The notes beneath the pieces were generated by a model, which saw only the letters and a list, made by a program, of their open reading frames with translations, was not told the DNA's origin and did not search any database. A stretch of 64,000 nucleotides of DNA from Camelus dromedarius (taxonomy: Eukaryota), in contig NC_087447.1 in assembly GCF_036321535.1 (NCBI RefSeq), positions 37,884,001-37,948,000 of the forward strand. Reading direction: 5' to 3'. The translations under genes were made by a program, and so were the position numbers. Of the stretch, positions 1 to 14,569 are shown one piece after another. How positions within the stretch are numbered: position 1 is the stretch's first letter; the number at the start of each line of letters is the position of its first letter.

Positions 1-260
1 AAATGACAAACCAAAGAAAAACAAACATGTAGATACAGAGAACAGAACAGTGGTTACCAAAGGGGGAGAGGGCATGGGGAGGGTTAGGCAAAGTGGGTAA
101 AAGGATCAACTGTATGACGATGGATGGAAATTAAATTTTTAGTGGTAAGCATGCTGTACAGTACACAAAAGTAGAAAATTAATGTTGTACACATGACACA
201 TATAATATTACAAACAAATGTTACCTCAATTAAAAAGTAAATCAAAAATTAAAATAAATA
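1..260 (+). mobile_element. LINE-1 3' UTR end with A-rich tail
   Basis: 'gatacagagaacaga..gtggttacca..ggg', 'tgttacctcaattaaaaa' and an A-rich tail. Confidence 0.75.
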
Positions 261-579
261 AATAACACCAAAACACTTCATTAACTTCTTTCTACTTCCA
301 AAGCTATTTCTACACTCATTCATATCTTTTATTTTCTCAGAATGCAAGGTGACCTTCCCATCCATCACTTATTCTCCAGTTCTGTTCACCTCACACTTCA
401 TTCATGATTTTTTGCCATTAGGTATCTTTCATTGGCTCCTTCCTCAAACCCTGCGAAATACCTAAGTCATCCTCCACCACAACCAAAACACATACACACA
501 CACATAACCTTCCTCAACACTACCCTCCTCCCTCCACAGAAGACAATCCCATAGTTTGCTCCTCATAATGCTACCTAAT

Positions 580-870
580 GCAAGTGAAAAACCAGCTAGT
601 CAAAACATCAAAAGATTACTATTAATTAAAGAAAAACAGACATCTCAAGTTAACGAATTTAGCAGTTTCCTATGTTTGGGAAGATACAAGGGTCTGGGCT
701 CACTGAAATTATTCCTTTGATAAGTACCTTAACTATCTAGAGCCAGTATCCTGCTTTTCTCCATCCTGAATCCACTCAAGGTGCACAGTCAGGGCAACTG
801 CACTGGCTGATGGCTTGATGGCCCAACATCTTTTGTTTACTAATATGGCAGGTGACATTCTCCATCCACA
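580..870 (-). mobile_element. ERV1-class LTR fragment (ungulate MER41-like)
   Basis: Recognised motif 'aaagaaaaacagacatctcaagttaa..gggaagatacaagggtctgggctcactgaaat..'; family from memory. Confidence 0.55.
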
Positions 871-899
871 ATTAAAAGAATCTGTGATGCACACTCTGA

Positions 900-1530
900 A
901 TCTCTTGAAAGTCTTAGTGTGGCTGAATATGCTGACTTTTGATCTTTATGACATTTTAGCAAAATGCATAGTAATGGCCTCAGCCTTTTCTCTAGAGCAT
1001 AATTTCCCAAGAGTGAATCTCTCAATATTAGCATCTTTTGCCATCTGGAGAGGCTGATTTTTCAAAATTAATAGGTCTTGTTTCCATTTTGTTCTTCCCT
1101 CAAGCTATCGATCTCCTCTCCCACGTTTTACAAATGACAGAAAGAAATGGCACTTCTACACTTGAACTGCAAATCTCCCTACCTATAAAATCTAAGTTCA
1201 TCACTTACAATTTCTTCTTCTCACATAACTGCTGGAGATAATTTTGCTAAGTCTCTCTGTCATTATATAACAAGGATTTTCCTTCTCCAGTTTCCAGTAA
1301 CATGTCCCTCACTTCTGCGTCCTGAAAGTCCAGATTTCTACCAGAGTCTGCTCAAGGAAATTTGTACTCTTTCATGCGTGCTTCCAAAACTCTTCCAGCC
1401 ATTGCCTATTCTCTGGTTTCATTATTGCTCTCACATTCTTAGGTATTTCTTACAGCACGATCCCAGTTCCAGGTACTAAAATGTGAGCTAGTTATCAATT
1501 GCTGCATAACATATTAGCACAAACTTATTA
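900..1530 (-). mobile_element. MaLR (MLT1) internal fragment plus LTR edge
   Basis: 'cttccaaaactcttccagcc..tcacattcttaggtattt..ccaggtactaaaa' followed by 'tagttatcaattgctgcataaca'. Confidence 0.55.
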
Positions 1531-2019
1531 AAGTACACACATACCCACAACCATTGTCTTAGTTCCAGCCTTTATTCATTTCATGCCTGGATTATTGCAA
1601 TAAATTCCTCCTGCCTTCTTGCCATGGTCTGGCTTTCTTCCATTCATTCTACCCTCTTTACTTCAGTAAAATAGATATGATCTTGTGGCTCCTCTGTTCA
1701 AAGAACTTCTGGAATCCCTGTTTTCTACTGTCTTTTTCATAGGATAAAAGGTTTCTTAAAATATGATCCCAGACTATATTTTCAACTTCATCCCTTTTTC
1801 TGATACAACTACTAATTACCATTCTCCAAATACACTGCCCCTATGTGTTTGTGTTATCTCCTCTGTCTGGACTGCCCATCCACCTGTCCTCTCCCCTAAT
1901 GTGTGCAGCAAAGTTTTCTCTGTCCTTCCTTTCCAAGTGCATATGATACCCCTTATGTGACCCCCTCACCCTTTCACTCAGCTAGGAAGAGCTGTCCTTT
2001 TCTTTGTGCTCTACAACCT

Positions 2020-2205
2020 CATGCCTCAAAGTATGATCCGTGCACCAGCAGCATTAGCATCTCTAGGTGACTAATGTGCACATTATGTTAAAATATAGGT
2101 TCAAATTCAGTAGGCCTGGGCTAGGGCCAGAGATTCTGCAATTCTTACAAACTCCCCAATGACGCTGATGCTGTTCAGTTAAGGCCACAGTTCAAACAAC
2201 AAGGT
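2020..2205. mobile_element. MER5-type hAT-Charlie MITE
   Basis: 'ctcaaagtatg..ccagcagcattagcatc..attcagtaggcctgggctagggcc..ctgcaattcttacaaactcccc..gatgctg'. Confidence 0.65.
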
Positions 2206-4914
2206 TGACAAAGTTTTTATTATAGCCCTGAATACATGACAGTATAGTTGGTTAATATCTCTGTTCCTTCTCTTAAACTTTAAGTATCTTAAAAGCAGGA
2301 ATTGTTTATCTATTTTTTTCTCTGCAGTCTCCAGAGTGCCTCACATAGTACTTGGAGGATGCTAATAACTTAATACCTGTGTTTTACATAAAAGAGTGAT
2401 TCATAGATCCCTTCTACAAGCTGTTAGAGTTAAGTGTGCCTGTTTGAGACTGCCTCGTGAGGACAACTTAGGAAATTGTTCACTGAGCTTGGAAGAAGAG
2501 GAGGTCAGGCACAAAAAGGGTATAAGGCCAATCCCTACCTTAAGGTTAAGAGCCAAGATCAAAAAGCCTTTTAAAGGGTGAAACCAAGAGGCAGGTATAT
2601 GTCCCTAGAGAGGAATATGAGATTCCACAATCCCCAAAGTCACCTCTGGAGCCAGAATGAGAAGCCTCTTTTAGGGGAGATGCTGGCATGCTTGCCAGAG
2701 CAAAGTCCTGAGGATGCCTTTAGTTGGGATCTGGGCATCGGACCCCCTATACCTTAGCCAAACAAACAGCCTGGCACTAGCTGCTGAGTGACTTACTCTA
2801 TAAGGCACCAAGAACAGAGATATACCAACAATCATTTCCTATGTGTCTGCTGAGGTCGCCAATGGGAACAGACTTTGGGAACAGGTGACTCCATCTTGGC
2901 TCTGGACACTCAGTCTTTGCTCAGATTTCTGAGATCCCCTGGATAGTGGGGCTGAGAAGTCTGAACATTCAGGTGTGACCAGCCACAGCCCAGACTGAGC
3001 ACACCTGAGCACTGATGGCCTCTCTTCCCTGAGCCAAGAAGCTACTGATACTCCACAGACAACACCACTAGAATATGTGGCAGTCTCATATATGGAAAAG
3101 AGGAATAATCCAGGGTGGGGTTAGAGGTCCAGTTTATTACAAGGGCCTTTAGATTAAGACCTTCAACACATGGTTTCATTTAACTTTGATCACCTCCTCA
3201 TAGGCCCTCCCTACAAATGCAGTCCCATTGGGGGTTGTAGGTTCAACATATGACCTCTTATTTCTGTTCTGCTGTGGCCTCCCCATCTGGCTTTCCCCAG
3301 GCCAGTCCTCACTACGCCTCAGCTTTCCTGTCTATAAAATGACAGAATTGGAACCATGTGATCTCATAACTCCTTCTAGCTCATATTCTGTAGGAACAGA
3401 AGCAGGAAATGGAGTAAAACCTGTAGTTTCTGGGATTTTTGCCCATCTCATACTTTGGACACCTCAGTCACTATCACCTGACCTGCTGATCTGCTGTCTC
3501 CACCACAGACTCTAGGACCTGTCTGGTCATTAGCTATTTTTATGCTAGTCTCTCATCTCATTAACCTGAGAGAAAAGATGATGCTGTCCTACTCTTGAAG
3601 ATGTACTGAAACAAAGGGAACCATCACAGGGTGCCCCAAAGGCACATCATGAGAAAGCAGGGCTGAATCTGAAGCTAGAAAGACTAAGGTTATACAAAGG
3701 AAAGACAGGCTCCCCATATGTCCCCACCATTTATGGGTGAGCAGTCGAAAAGTTTTATCATGTCTGGGTGGGCACATGGGATACATATATGGACCTGACT
3801 GGCTCCAGCACTTGGTCTAATCAGAGGCTGGCAAGGATTCAAAAGATGTTGTTTTGAAAAATACTTAGCAGTTCCTGTAAAAATTTAAAAGGTACATACA
3901 TATCTGTTGATCTAACAATTACACTTATAGAATGGTATCATAATGACAGACATAAGCATACAGGATCATTTCAGTATTGTCAATAATAATGAAAAGATTT
4001 AAAAAAATCTAATTGTCCTTTACAGGGAATTAGCTAAATAATTTATAATACACAAATATAATTGAATGTCATAGTAAAAATTAATGAGAAAGATTTATAC
4101 AGATAATGATATGGGAAATATGCCCCAAAAGTGTACAAGAAAGTAATTTTAAAAGCTGAAAAACTCAATGATCCTATGAATTGATTTCAGTGTCCCTTAA
4201 CAGGTCATACTCTATAATTTAAAAAAAAAAAAAGTCTGATTTAGAATATTCTTTATGGAGGTTCTACTTATGATAAATGTTCTCAGTTTCCTTTACATTT
4301 CTTGGAAGTATTTTTATTCTGTTCTCTTTGTCTGAACACACACACATGCACACACACATAAGCAGGGTCGTATTTTATTTTCCTTCAGCACTTTGAAGAT
4401 ACTATTCTACCAACTTCTGGCTTCCACTGTTGTTGTTGAGAAATCATTTGTCAGTTTAATTGGTGTTTATTTGCAAATAATCTGTCTTTTCTTTCTGGTT
4501 GCTTTTGAGATTTTTTTTTTTTTTTTTTTGTCTTTGGTCATCTTGAAATTCATTATAATGCACCTATGTGTGAATCTCTTTTTATTGATTCTCTTTGGGA
4601 TTTGTAGGACTTCTTGAATTTAAAGATTCATGAAATTTCACCAGTTCTGAAAAATTAACATCCATGATCATTCCATTCTCTCTATCCTATCCTTCTGGTA
4701 CTTGATTAGTTGCATATGAGATTTCACTCCAAGCCACCAAGCTTCATAACTTTTATATAATATTTTCTATTTGTTACACTATTGAACCTAGGGAATTTCT
4801 TGCAATCTGTTTTACAGATAACTAATTCAGTCTTCACCTTTAATACTCTCTTTTATCCATCTATTAATTTTTTTAATTTTAATTATTTTTATTTATTTTT
4901 TTACTTCTAGAAAT

Positions 4915-5250
4915 TCCTATGTTGAACCCACAACTCCCAGTGGGACAGCATTTGCAGGGAAGGCCTGTGAGGAGGTGATCAAGGTTAAATGAAACCATGC
5001 GTTGGAGGTCCTAATCGAAAGGCCCTTATAAAAATAGGAAGAGACACCAGAGCTCTCGCTGTCTCTGCTATGTGAGGACACAGTGAAAAGATGGCCATCT
5101 GCAAGCCAGCAAGAGGGCTCTCACCAGACACTCGGTGAGCTGGCACCTTGATCTTGATCGTCCCACCAACCAGAACTTTGAGAAAATTAACTCCTGTCAA
5201 TTAAGCCACCCAGCCTGTGGTATTTTGTTATGGTATTCCAAACTGATTAA
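4915..5250 (+). mobile_element. MLT1A-type MaLR LTR inserted in an old L1 remnant (~4260-5560)
   Basis: 'gtgaggacacagtgaaaagatggccatctgcaagcca..ctcaccaga..gctggcaccttgatcttg..taagccacccagcctgtggtattttgttat'. Confidence 0.8.
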
Positions 5251-7086
5251 TAAAACTTTTAACATCATTTTTTTAATTTACTTAAGAATATTGTACAAAT
5301 TTGTTTTGGAACAAAAAATTCCTATAAGTGCATTATTATTAGTGGGTCTGATTTTTCAGTTTCTTATTTCTGATGACTCTTACTTACGATGACTTCTTCC
5401 ATGGATATTATGTGACTTTTCAATTTTTAGTTTGTATTCATTGGTACTTAATCAATGGAAAATTTTACTGACCTGCGTTTAAATCTCCAAAAGATAATTT
5501 GCAGTTGCTCCTATTTGATGTCTGCGACCATTACCAGTTCATGATAAATTTCAACTGAATTTCCTACTTCATTAAGAAAATTTTCTCTATTTATTTAGCT
5601 TGGCCATTCTTTTTGAATTTGCTGAAGTCTCTCATATATTGGATGATTTTGTTGTTGTTGATATAGATACATATACTAACTAACGTTAATCAGTGTTGGA
5701 CACTAATGTGTTATCCCCCAGTGAGTATATAGGTCATTACTTGATTTATTTGGAGGGGGAAGGCTTCTCTGAATACAAAGGTAACTGTGCACTTTCGGGT
5801 GTGACAAGTGGGAAGGCAAGGACCCACAGGTCAATTTTCCAACAAGGTGCTCCAATGCGCCTCATAACATGAAAATTGAAGTAAAACATTGTCCTTGAAA
5901 GTTTGCAAATTTGAAGTTTCAGATCTTTCATCTTTTTCTTGGAGCTACAGAAATCTTCCTAGTCTAGGTCCTTTTCATGATTCATAAGGGAAATAGCTTG
6001 CCAAATATACATTCTGCATGTGATTTATAAAACATGATATGCATCCAAATTCTCTCTGCATTAAAGTTATTCAATTTACTCTAATGGCCCTTATATTAAA
6101 GTTCTGTCTATTCATAACAGACAACACCTTGTAAGTCATTAGCTTGATGCTAATTCTTGTTAATTTTCACTACTAAAGATTTGGACTTGGGGAGAAAGCC
6201 CTCTGAATTTTGCAAGTCTATCCTAAAATGACTGTCCCTCATATTAGAATTATAAACTTAGAAAATTATAAGGATACATAAAATATTTCTCTTATAAGAA
6301 AAATAGCAGAGGAGTGAGCTGATTATGAGTTAATGATCCAAAATAGCTCCATACTGGTCATTCTCCACCATCTGATCTCTTTTCCCTATTTCAATTACTA
6401 TTTATTGGTCTCAATGATACCTGCATGAAAAACAAAATTTCTCATTTAAACTCACTCATAAGTAATATGATACTGAGAGCTACCAAGCTATAGCTACTTT
6501 AGAACACCAGATTAGAAGAAGGAGGGTTTGGCTAAGACATGGTCTTCAGTTTATGTCCAAAGGCATTCCTTTTCCTCTAAACTGAAGAATAAACTAGCAG
6601 TTATCCTACAGTGTTGCCTTACGACCCACTTCTGGGACTGTGCTGACTCATGGCAGCTTGTGTTCTAGCTTCACTGAGCACCCTAGCTGGGAGATCACCT
6701 TACCAGAGTGTAGGTCCTTCTGTGCCCCGCCTCTGTCTCCACTCCTCTCCAACTTTCTCTGCTACATGGTCATGGTATCCTGGTGCTGGAATGGAACATA
6801 GAATAGTTGTATCTTTATAAAGATGACACATCTCTTTGAGACAACTTAACCAACAAAATGCAACCTCAATAGGTTTTTTATTATAATAATTAAACAGAGG
6901 GGTTCTAAGGTGCACTTTGAAAATAAGTGGCCAAGAGACATAAAAAGAACTCTGAGGTATACATCACCTCTAACAACTATTAGAACGTATTTTTTTAATG
7001 ATTGTTTAAATACTGTGGTTCTGATATAGAGAGAAATGTTTATCTGAGAAACTGAATAAAAAGGTAAGAAGTAGGCCCAATTATTG

Positions 7087-7087
<1 letters not shown>

Positions 7088-7117
<30 letters not shown>

Positions 7118-7145
7118 AAGAATAGATAGATGATTGGTAGAGATA
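7088..7145. repeat. (GATA)/(GACA) compound microsatellite
   Basis: gatagatagatagacagacagacagacagaaag.. Confidence 0.8.
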
Positions 7146-7189
7146 ATCTGCTAAGGGCTCTGGGACAGGGTTGACTGATTTATTAGACA

Positions 7190-7410
7190 CATTATTCATA
7201 GTTTAGAGGCTCACAAAATTGTTTTAACATTCAAAATAAGAAAAAAGAAAATTAATAATAATCATATAATAATGAATCCAGCCTAAGTTATATTCATTTT
7301 TACAACAAAGCAGTTGTAAAATATAGTCTTTAATATTTTTTTCTATGAAGGAAGGAGCCCATGAAGGCAAAAATGCTTATAGCCACCAAAAATCAAAATG
7401 CTGTCCTGAT
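7190..7410. mobile_element. hAT-type non-autonomous DNA transposon remnant
   Basis: End 'gaaggagcccatgaaggcaaaaatgctt..aatgctgtcctg' resembles hAT-Tip100 MITE termini; family uncertain. Confidence 0.4.
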
Positions 7411-8994
7411 CTGGAGACTCTTCACCTTTTTCTGTTCATAATCTCCATCGTGGTCACCATCATCATAAAGCTACTCAACAACATGTAGTGTCAGTAAACA
7501 CAATGTCTTGCTGTAGAAATGCAGCTTCAAGACAAGGAACCTGCCCTCCCTTTTAACAAGATTGCTCCCCAAATCCCTCACATATGGACTCTAAACTGTC
7601 ACTGGTTTACCAGTTTGGGGAAACATCAAGTTATATCCAAATTTTATATTTAAAGATTACAAATTCATTAAGTAACTTACTTTTCATAAATTGCACAAAA
7701 TAGACTTGAGAGTTTTTATGCGTTCCTTTAGATGACAGTGATTGATATTGAAAGAATTCATGAAGAAAAAGATCAATATATAACTTCAGTACAAGAATCA
7801 ACAAGTTACAGTAAAAATGAAAACAGTATGAAAAGTATTTGTCTCAAATGCTAGAGAAATGGTTTATTATGTATAATATATTTAAAGTTTATTCTAATAT
7901 ATATAAATATTATAAATGCCCCTTTTATGGCAAGTGACATAAACAACAAAATGTGGATAATAAGCAAACAGCAGAAAATGTTCAGGTTGCAACAAACTTC
8001 AAATTAAATAATAAAGTATGTTTGTATATCAATTAACTTGGCAAAGAAGATGTAATAATATTATTATCGTTGTTTACATGAATTTGATGAATACCATTGA
8101 CAGTGGATATAAAGTAGGAACACAGCAATATGTACTGAGAATCATAAAAATGTTCACACCCTTTGACCCAGTAATTTCATTCACTGTAATTTAAACTGAG
8201 GAGATAATTCAAAAGGAAGGCAAATCTCCGTGTATAGGCTCTTCATTGTAGCCTTCTCCAAAATAGCAGAAAATGAAAACAACCTAAATGTACAAATTTG
8301 GGAACAGTGAAAACAGTGAAGTAAATTGCAGTACATTAACTGGACAGAATATTCTGAATCTTTCACAATAGTAATTATGGAGAATATGAGAGATGGCAAG
8401 GAGTTGTTCTAAACACTGTTTCATAAAACAAACTATCCAATTATGTAGATGTTTTGATTATAGCTATGTAAAATGTACCAGAATGTAGACAAGGACCACA
8501 AGGGACGAGAGGAAAATAGATTGTGTTTGCTCCTGCTCCTTCTCTTCAAAACATAAAGTTGGTAAAGTTCCTTTAAAAAAAAAAAAAAAACTTAACCAAC
8601 TGTATGCCAAGGGCATCAACACACTCCTCCACCTGCATGGCTCCCTCTCTTTTTCATAGCTCCGTCTTACTCATTTATTGAGTGGATTCATGCTGCTTCC
8701 AGGTACCCATGTCATTTAGAAAGAAAGGCAACAGGTAAACTTATTCATTAATTATGGAGCTTTTATTTTGTGTTCAGCACTGGGATACAACAGTGATTAA
8801 GACCTCTCTCCTCTACTCATTGAATTCATAGTTTACATATAGATGGATCAAGAGATGTTTGCAATATAGTATAGAAGTTCACAAAGTGATACAAAGAAAT
8901 GGAAGCAAAGTGGGAAACAGAATCCTTAGGAATCATGTTGTTTTATCTCTTTAAAGGGATTTTACATTTAAAAGAGACTTGGGGAATTTGCTTC

Positions 8995-10200
8995 TATTTT
9001 TTTGTTTTTATTGAAGTATAGTTAGTTTACAATGTTGTGTCAATTTCTGGTGTACAGCATAATGTTTCAGTCACACAGGTACATACACATATTCCTGTTC
9101 AAATTCTTTTTCATTATAGGTTACCACAAGATATTGAATATAGTTCCTTATGCTATACAATATAAACTTGTTTATTTTGTATATAATAAGTATCTCTAAA
9201 TCTTGAACACCCACTTTATCCCTTCCCACCCCCTGGTAACCATAACTTTGTTTTCTAAATCTGTGAGTCTATTTCTGCTTTGTAAAGAAGTTCATTGTGT
9301 CATTTTTTCAGTTTCCACATATAAGTGACATTCCATGGCATTTTTCTTTCTCTTTCTGGCATACTTCACTTAGTATGACAATCTCTAGGTCCATCCATGT
9401 TGCTGCAAATGGCATTATTTTGTTCGTTTTTATGGCTAAGTAGTATTCTATATATCTATCTATATAAATATAGATGACAACTTCTTTATTAAATCAACTG
9501 TTGATGAACATTTAGGTTGTTTGCATGTCTTGGCTATTGTAAATAGTGCTGCTATGAACATTGGGGTACATGTATCTTTTCGAATTAGTTTCCTCTGGAT
9601 ATATGCCCAGGAATGGGATTGCTGGATCAGATGGTAAGTCTATTTTTAATTTTTTAAGGAATCTCCATACTGTTTCCCATAATGGCTGCACCAAACTACA
9701 TTCCCACCAGCAGTGTAGCATTCCTTTTTCTCCACTCCCTCTCTAGCATTTATTGTTTGTGGACTTTTGAATGATGGCCATTCTGACTGGTATGAGGTGA
9801 TATCTCATTACAGTTTTGATTTGCATTTCTCTGATAATTAGTGAAATTGAGCGTTTTTCTATGTACTTGTTGGCCATTTGCATGTCTTCATTTGAGAAAT
9901 GCTTGTTAAGGTCTTCTGCCCATTTTTAGATTGGGTTGTTTGCTTTTTGTTATCAAGTTGTATAAGCTGTTTGTATATTCTAAAACTTAAGCCTTTGTCA
10001 GTCGCATCATTTGCAAATATTTTCTCCCATTCTGTAGGTTGTCTTTTTATTTTATTTATAGTTTCCTTTGCTGTGCAAAAGCTTATAAGCTTAATTAAGT
10101 CCCATTTGTTTATTTTTGTTTTTATTTCTATTGCCTGAGTAGGCTGCCCTAGAACATTGCTAAGATTTATGTCAGAGAATGTTTTGCCTATGTTTTTTCT
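8995..10200 (-). mobile_element. 5'-truncated, relatively young artiodactyl/camelid LINE-1 (ORF2 C-terminus, 3' UTR, poly-A)
   Basis: Minus-strand ORFs encode ORF2p motifs ([70 protein letters not shown]). T-rich tail at ~8997. Confidence 0.93.
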
Positions 10201-10499
10201 TTCTTCTGCTTCTTTAGTTATTCCACTTCCTTCCAATTCACATATTTCCCTTTCTGGCTTCTCCCCAAGACACATGAAAATGCTCAAGTCTCTCCTCCAT
10301 GGCAAAAATTAAGTTTTGTCTCCACACTCCCCTCTTATCATCTGTTCTATAACTCTCCTTCCTTTTTACTCACAATTCATACTTCTTGTTTGTAATTCCA
10401 TACCAATCAGTCACTGCTTAACCCACTGTTCAAGTTAGTTGTGACAATTAAAACCACAGGAAAAGAAAGATTACACAGGAAGATGTAGGGTTCATTCAG

Positions 10500-11065
10500 T
10501 CCAGTTGGAGGAGACTGAAATTGCAAAGGGCAGGATAGACTCCACGTGTTCCAGACCAGAGAGCAAGCCAGTGTGTCTAGAGCATGGTGAACACAGTGAG
10601 AAATGGCAGGAGTTTAACTTGGAAACATAAGCAGGGGCCCTACCATGTGAGGTCTGTAGATCTCCATAGAGTTTACAGTTTATCCACGTGCAATGGGAAG
10701 CCATGGGGTTGGGACCAGGGGAGCAGGACTTCAGCAGGAAAGGGACATAATGTAATTTATGGGTTTAAAACATCACTCTGGTTGCAGTGTGGACAATGAG
10801 TCGATGGAGCTAAGAATGGAAGCAGGCCATTGCTATAATCCATATGAGAGATGTGGATGGTTTGACTTAAGGTAATAGTAGAGATGGGGAGAAATACATG
10901 GATAGGGGATATATTTTATAAGTAGAGCTAGCAATTTGCTGATGACTTGCAAAGATTGGGACTAAAGAGAGGAAGCAAAAAGATAGAATCAAACTCCTAG
11001 ATGTTTGGCTTCAGCATCTTAATGAATGATTGTGCCATTTACTGAACTGTGCAATACTGGGTTAA
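10500..11065 (-). mobile_element. LINE-2 fragment
   Basis: 'gcaatgggaagccatgg..catcactctggttgcagtgtgga..gaagcagg..tgccatttactga'. Confidence 0.65.
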
Positions 11066-12834
11066 AAAGAGGTATGATGTCGGGTCTTAGTCTCTTCTAA
11101 AAATTGAAACTCACAGTACTGTCACACTTGACACAGGTCTTTATTAGAAGGATACAGGAGAGAAATCCCAGTTGTTCAGCAGGGCACATCACAATGTTCC
11201 TCTTCTGTTGGGGGTCCTTGAAACTATCCAATAGCAGCTCATTCAATTTTTTCAGAAACTACCTTCTTGCCAGGTAACAGACCAGATGTAAGAATTCCAG
11301 ATCTAGATCAGAGAGGCACAGGGGCTTCCCTAGCTTAATAGCCTCTTTGCCTAAAGGAGCCAATATCGCTGGAACTCCAAAGACATAGCTTCCAGTTTCC
11401 CAGGAAGGCTCATGGCAGTTACAAGAATCACCACTTGTGGCGCACATCTTCTTCTTACAGGGACAAAGAGATCAGAAGAGGCAGTGGGGCTCAGGCAATA
11501 CCACATGTTCCTGTCTTGGTAAGTGAGCTCATCTACATGAACCTTCTCTGGGACTGTCTGCAAGGTGCTCTGGGCATGGAAGCTAAGTAAGCAAAGCAAC
11601 ACAGAACTTCCCAGAGTGACATCCAAGGTTTGTTGCAAAGTTATGCTCCTCTATTTGTCACTAAATCAGATAGGTGACCTTTCCTTCTTGACTGTTGCTT
11701 CACCTGAGAAGCTGTGCTCCGTAGAGATCCTCCCAGCTCTCCACTATGAAATGATAAAAATCATTAGTGTAAGGGAGGATCTGAGATCAAGATGCCGAGT
11801 GTCACCTGGCATGAGTGCCTTCCTGGGAATCAGGACTCTGAGAAGAGAAGACAAGTCATCCGCCAGGGAACGTTTTCCATGTTCCTAAACTTTTGCATAA
11901 ACAGGGATGCTGCACAGGATTATCATGATATTTATCCATTATTAATTTACTCATCCAATATGTATTTATTTTCAACACAGACAAGGTGAATCCCATGTTT
12001 CTTCTACAAGTTGTGTACAGCCCAACAGCAGAGACAAATATGTGCACATGGCACAACACTCACTGTACCTGCAGCTCAGATGCCACAGAGATGGAACTGA
12101 CAAGATCCCCTTGTCAATATGCTCAAGTTCATGTTCATTTGGTCAATGGAGACCATATCAGTTGCAAGAATGAGACTTCTGGGAGGAAAGAGAATTGGAC
12201 TGTGGCCATTCCCCTGTTTGATATCCAAACACATTGGATGGCCTAGGGCTGTCCTGGCTGAAGGAAGGAAAGAGAAAAAAGCCACAGCAATGAGAATGGT
12301 ATGTGAGCACTCAGGAGTGACTGGACCCCAAAGTCTTGGCCGGCAGGAAGAAATTCTGCTTATGGAAATCCTGTGCTGCTGGAAACAGGAAAAGCCCAAA
12401 CTAGCAGCATATGTGCGCACTGGGGAAAATGAAGAATAATATGTGATTACAACTCAGAGCTGTTACAGGAGCATCTTAAGACTGAATCTTAGAGCAGAAA
12501 CCTGCCTTGACTTAGGAACAAGACATTAGAGGCTCCCCAGTGCCTGGAACTATGAGTTACAACCAAAACAGCTCCACTCCCCAAGAGGAAAGAGCATGCA
12601 GCCCACCTAGGAACATTACTCATGCCCAATCTTCAGGTTGAGAAAAACAGCCATCGTGACTCATTTTTAAATCATGTTTCCTAATGGGAATGCATCAGAA
12701 TCATTATGTTGTCACAGAAACAAGATGAGAACCACAAGCTTAAAAGAAAAAGTCCACTTAGCAAGGCATACAGAGCCCTACACAATTAATTTCAATCTAC
12801 CACCAACCTCCTCCAGCCTCTGGCCAGTTGTCTC

Positions 12835-13790
12835 CATAATGTCCATTCTGCTCAGGAGCTATGTGGTTTGGGTGAAATTGGTTCCCTCCCCCAGCTGTAA
12901 GGGTGGGTGTGATGGATTTTTAAACCAAAACAAATTCTTACAGATCTTCCCATCATGAAGTAGGGACTTGCTTTGACCAATATAAGGTGAAAGAAATTAT
13001 GTCTCACAGCTCTCAAGGTTGGGTGTCAAGGGGCCATCAGCTTCTGTTCTCACCCTCATGAAGTGCTATGTGCATGAGAACATGCCCCAGCTGGCTGGGT
13101 GGAGAGGACACACAGAAGAGAACTGAGGCAGCCCAGACAACTGGCAGTCATAGAACTGACACCATCCAGGACCAGCTGGCCCTGAGCTGACTTGCCAAGT
13201 GACCCTGAATGCAGGCGTGAGCCCAGACAACACCACATGGAAGAGAAAGAGCCATCCCAGCTGAGCTATGGCCAAATTCCTGACCCACAGAATCATGAAA
13301 TAATAAATTGGGTGATTTTGAGACACTAAATTTTGGAGTATTTTGCCATGTAGCCAAGGCAAATGGAAGAATGGGCAAAGCCAGTCAGGGTGAATCCTTC
13401 CCTCCTGTCACAGTTGATGCAGAATACAGGCCAAGTGATCAGTGCAGGCTCAGGGGTGGTCCGATCAGTGAGAACTTCAAGGCCTTGGCTGGGGATACCT
13501 GGTCAAAGTTGCTCCTCCCTTCTCTGCATAGTGCGCTATGAGGTGAAGCTGGAACCATGCAGCCATTTTGCCACCGTAACAAGAGCCAGCCCGAGAACAA
13601 ACCCTTACATGAGAACTCTCCACAAATGCAGAGAAATGGAGTCAGAGCCTTGATTCAATGTCTCTGTCAAACTGCACTGGAACCTCACGTCTTCTCTAGA
13701 CTTATAATTTTAGGAGCCATAAATCCTTTGGTTATTTAGGGCATTTGACCTCGAAGTTGCTTACTTGCAATTGGACGTGTCCAACTGATC
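12835..13790 (+). mobile_element. Nested MaLR LTRs: MLT1F/G-like (~12908-13370) inside an MLT1K-like LTR
   Basis: Inner element runs tgtgatgg..'cccacagaatcatgaaataataaa..ctaaattttggagta..'. Outer element resumes 'aagccagtcagggtgaatcc..tggaaccatgcagccattttgcc..gagccataaatcc'. Confidence 0.6.
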
Positions 13791-13939
13791 CACTCTCAAA
13801 GCTCTATACCTGTTGTCATGTTCATTTCACCATGAAACTCTGCTTTTCAAAGAAAACCTTAAGCAGAAGCATAAAATGAAGAAAATTTGTTTAAAGTAGG
13901 AGTGGGCAGCCTAGAATACTGACAGCAGCCTCTTAATCC

Positions 13940-14424
13940 TGTATTTGATCCACAGGCTGCTGAATGCAAGGACCACCAAATGGGTGACTTACAGCGACAG
14001 AACTTTATGGTCTCCTAGATCTAGAGGCTAGAACTCAGACATTAATGTGTCAGCAGCTCCCTGCTCTCTCTAAAACCTGCAGAGGAACCCTTCTTTGCCT
14101 CTTCCTGGCCTCTGTTGGTTTGCTGGCATCTTTGGTGTTTCTTGGTTTATAGATGCACTACTCCAATCCTCCACCTTCACCTGGCTTCACATGGTTCTCT
14201 CTGCATCTCATTCCATCATGTTCCCTCTGTGCCTCGCTGTCTGTATCCAAATTTCTGCTTTCTATAAGGACACCAGTCATATTGGACTAGTGTCCACCCT
14301 AATGACCTCAGCATAACTTGCTTACCTCTGTATGGACCCTATTCCCAAACAAGTCACATTCTTATGTGGTGGAGGTAAAGACTTCAACATATTTTTTTGC
14401 AGTGACACAGTCCAACCTATAACA
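13940..14424 (-). mobile_element. MLT1B/C MaLR solo LTR
   Basis: tgtatttg..'tataaggacaccagtcatattgga..ccctaatgacctca..gacttcaacatat..caacctataaca'. Confidence 0.8.
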
Positions 14425-14569
14425 CTCTCCATCCCACAGTAGTACTGAGGCAACCATGCTAGCATTAGAGCTGAGGAAGATGGAATGTGGTTTTATTTCT
14501 TTGTCCTGTTTTACATTCTGAAATTCTTCCCCAAAGGTCCTTGTTCCTCCTCTAAGACAGTAAGATTCA

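Noticed and set aside
9512..10305. ORFs of 69-148 aa as protein-coding genes
   Set aside because: They are frameshifted LINE-1 ORF2 C-terminal remnants.
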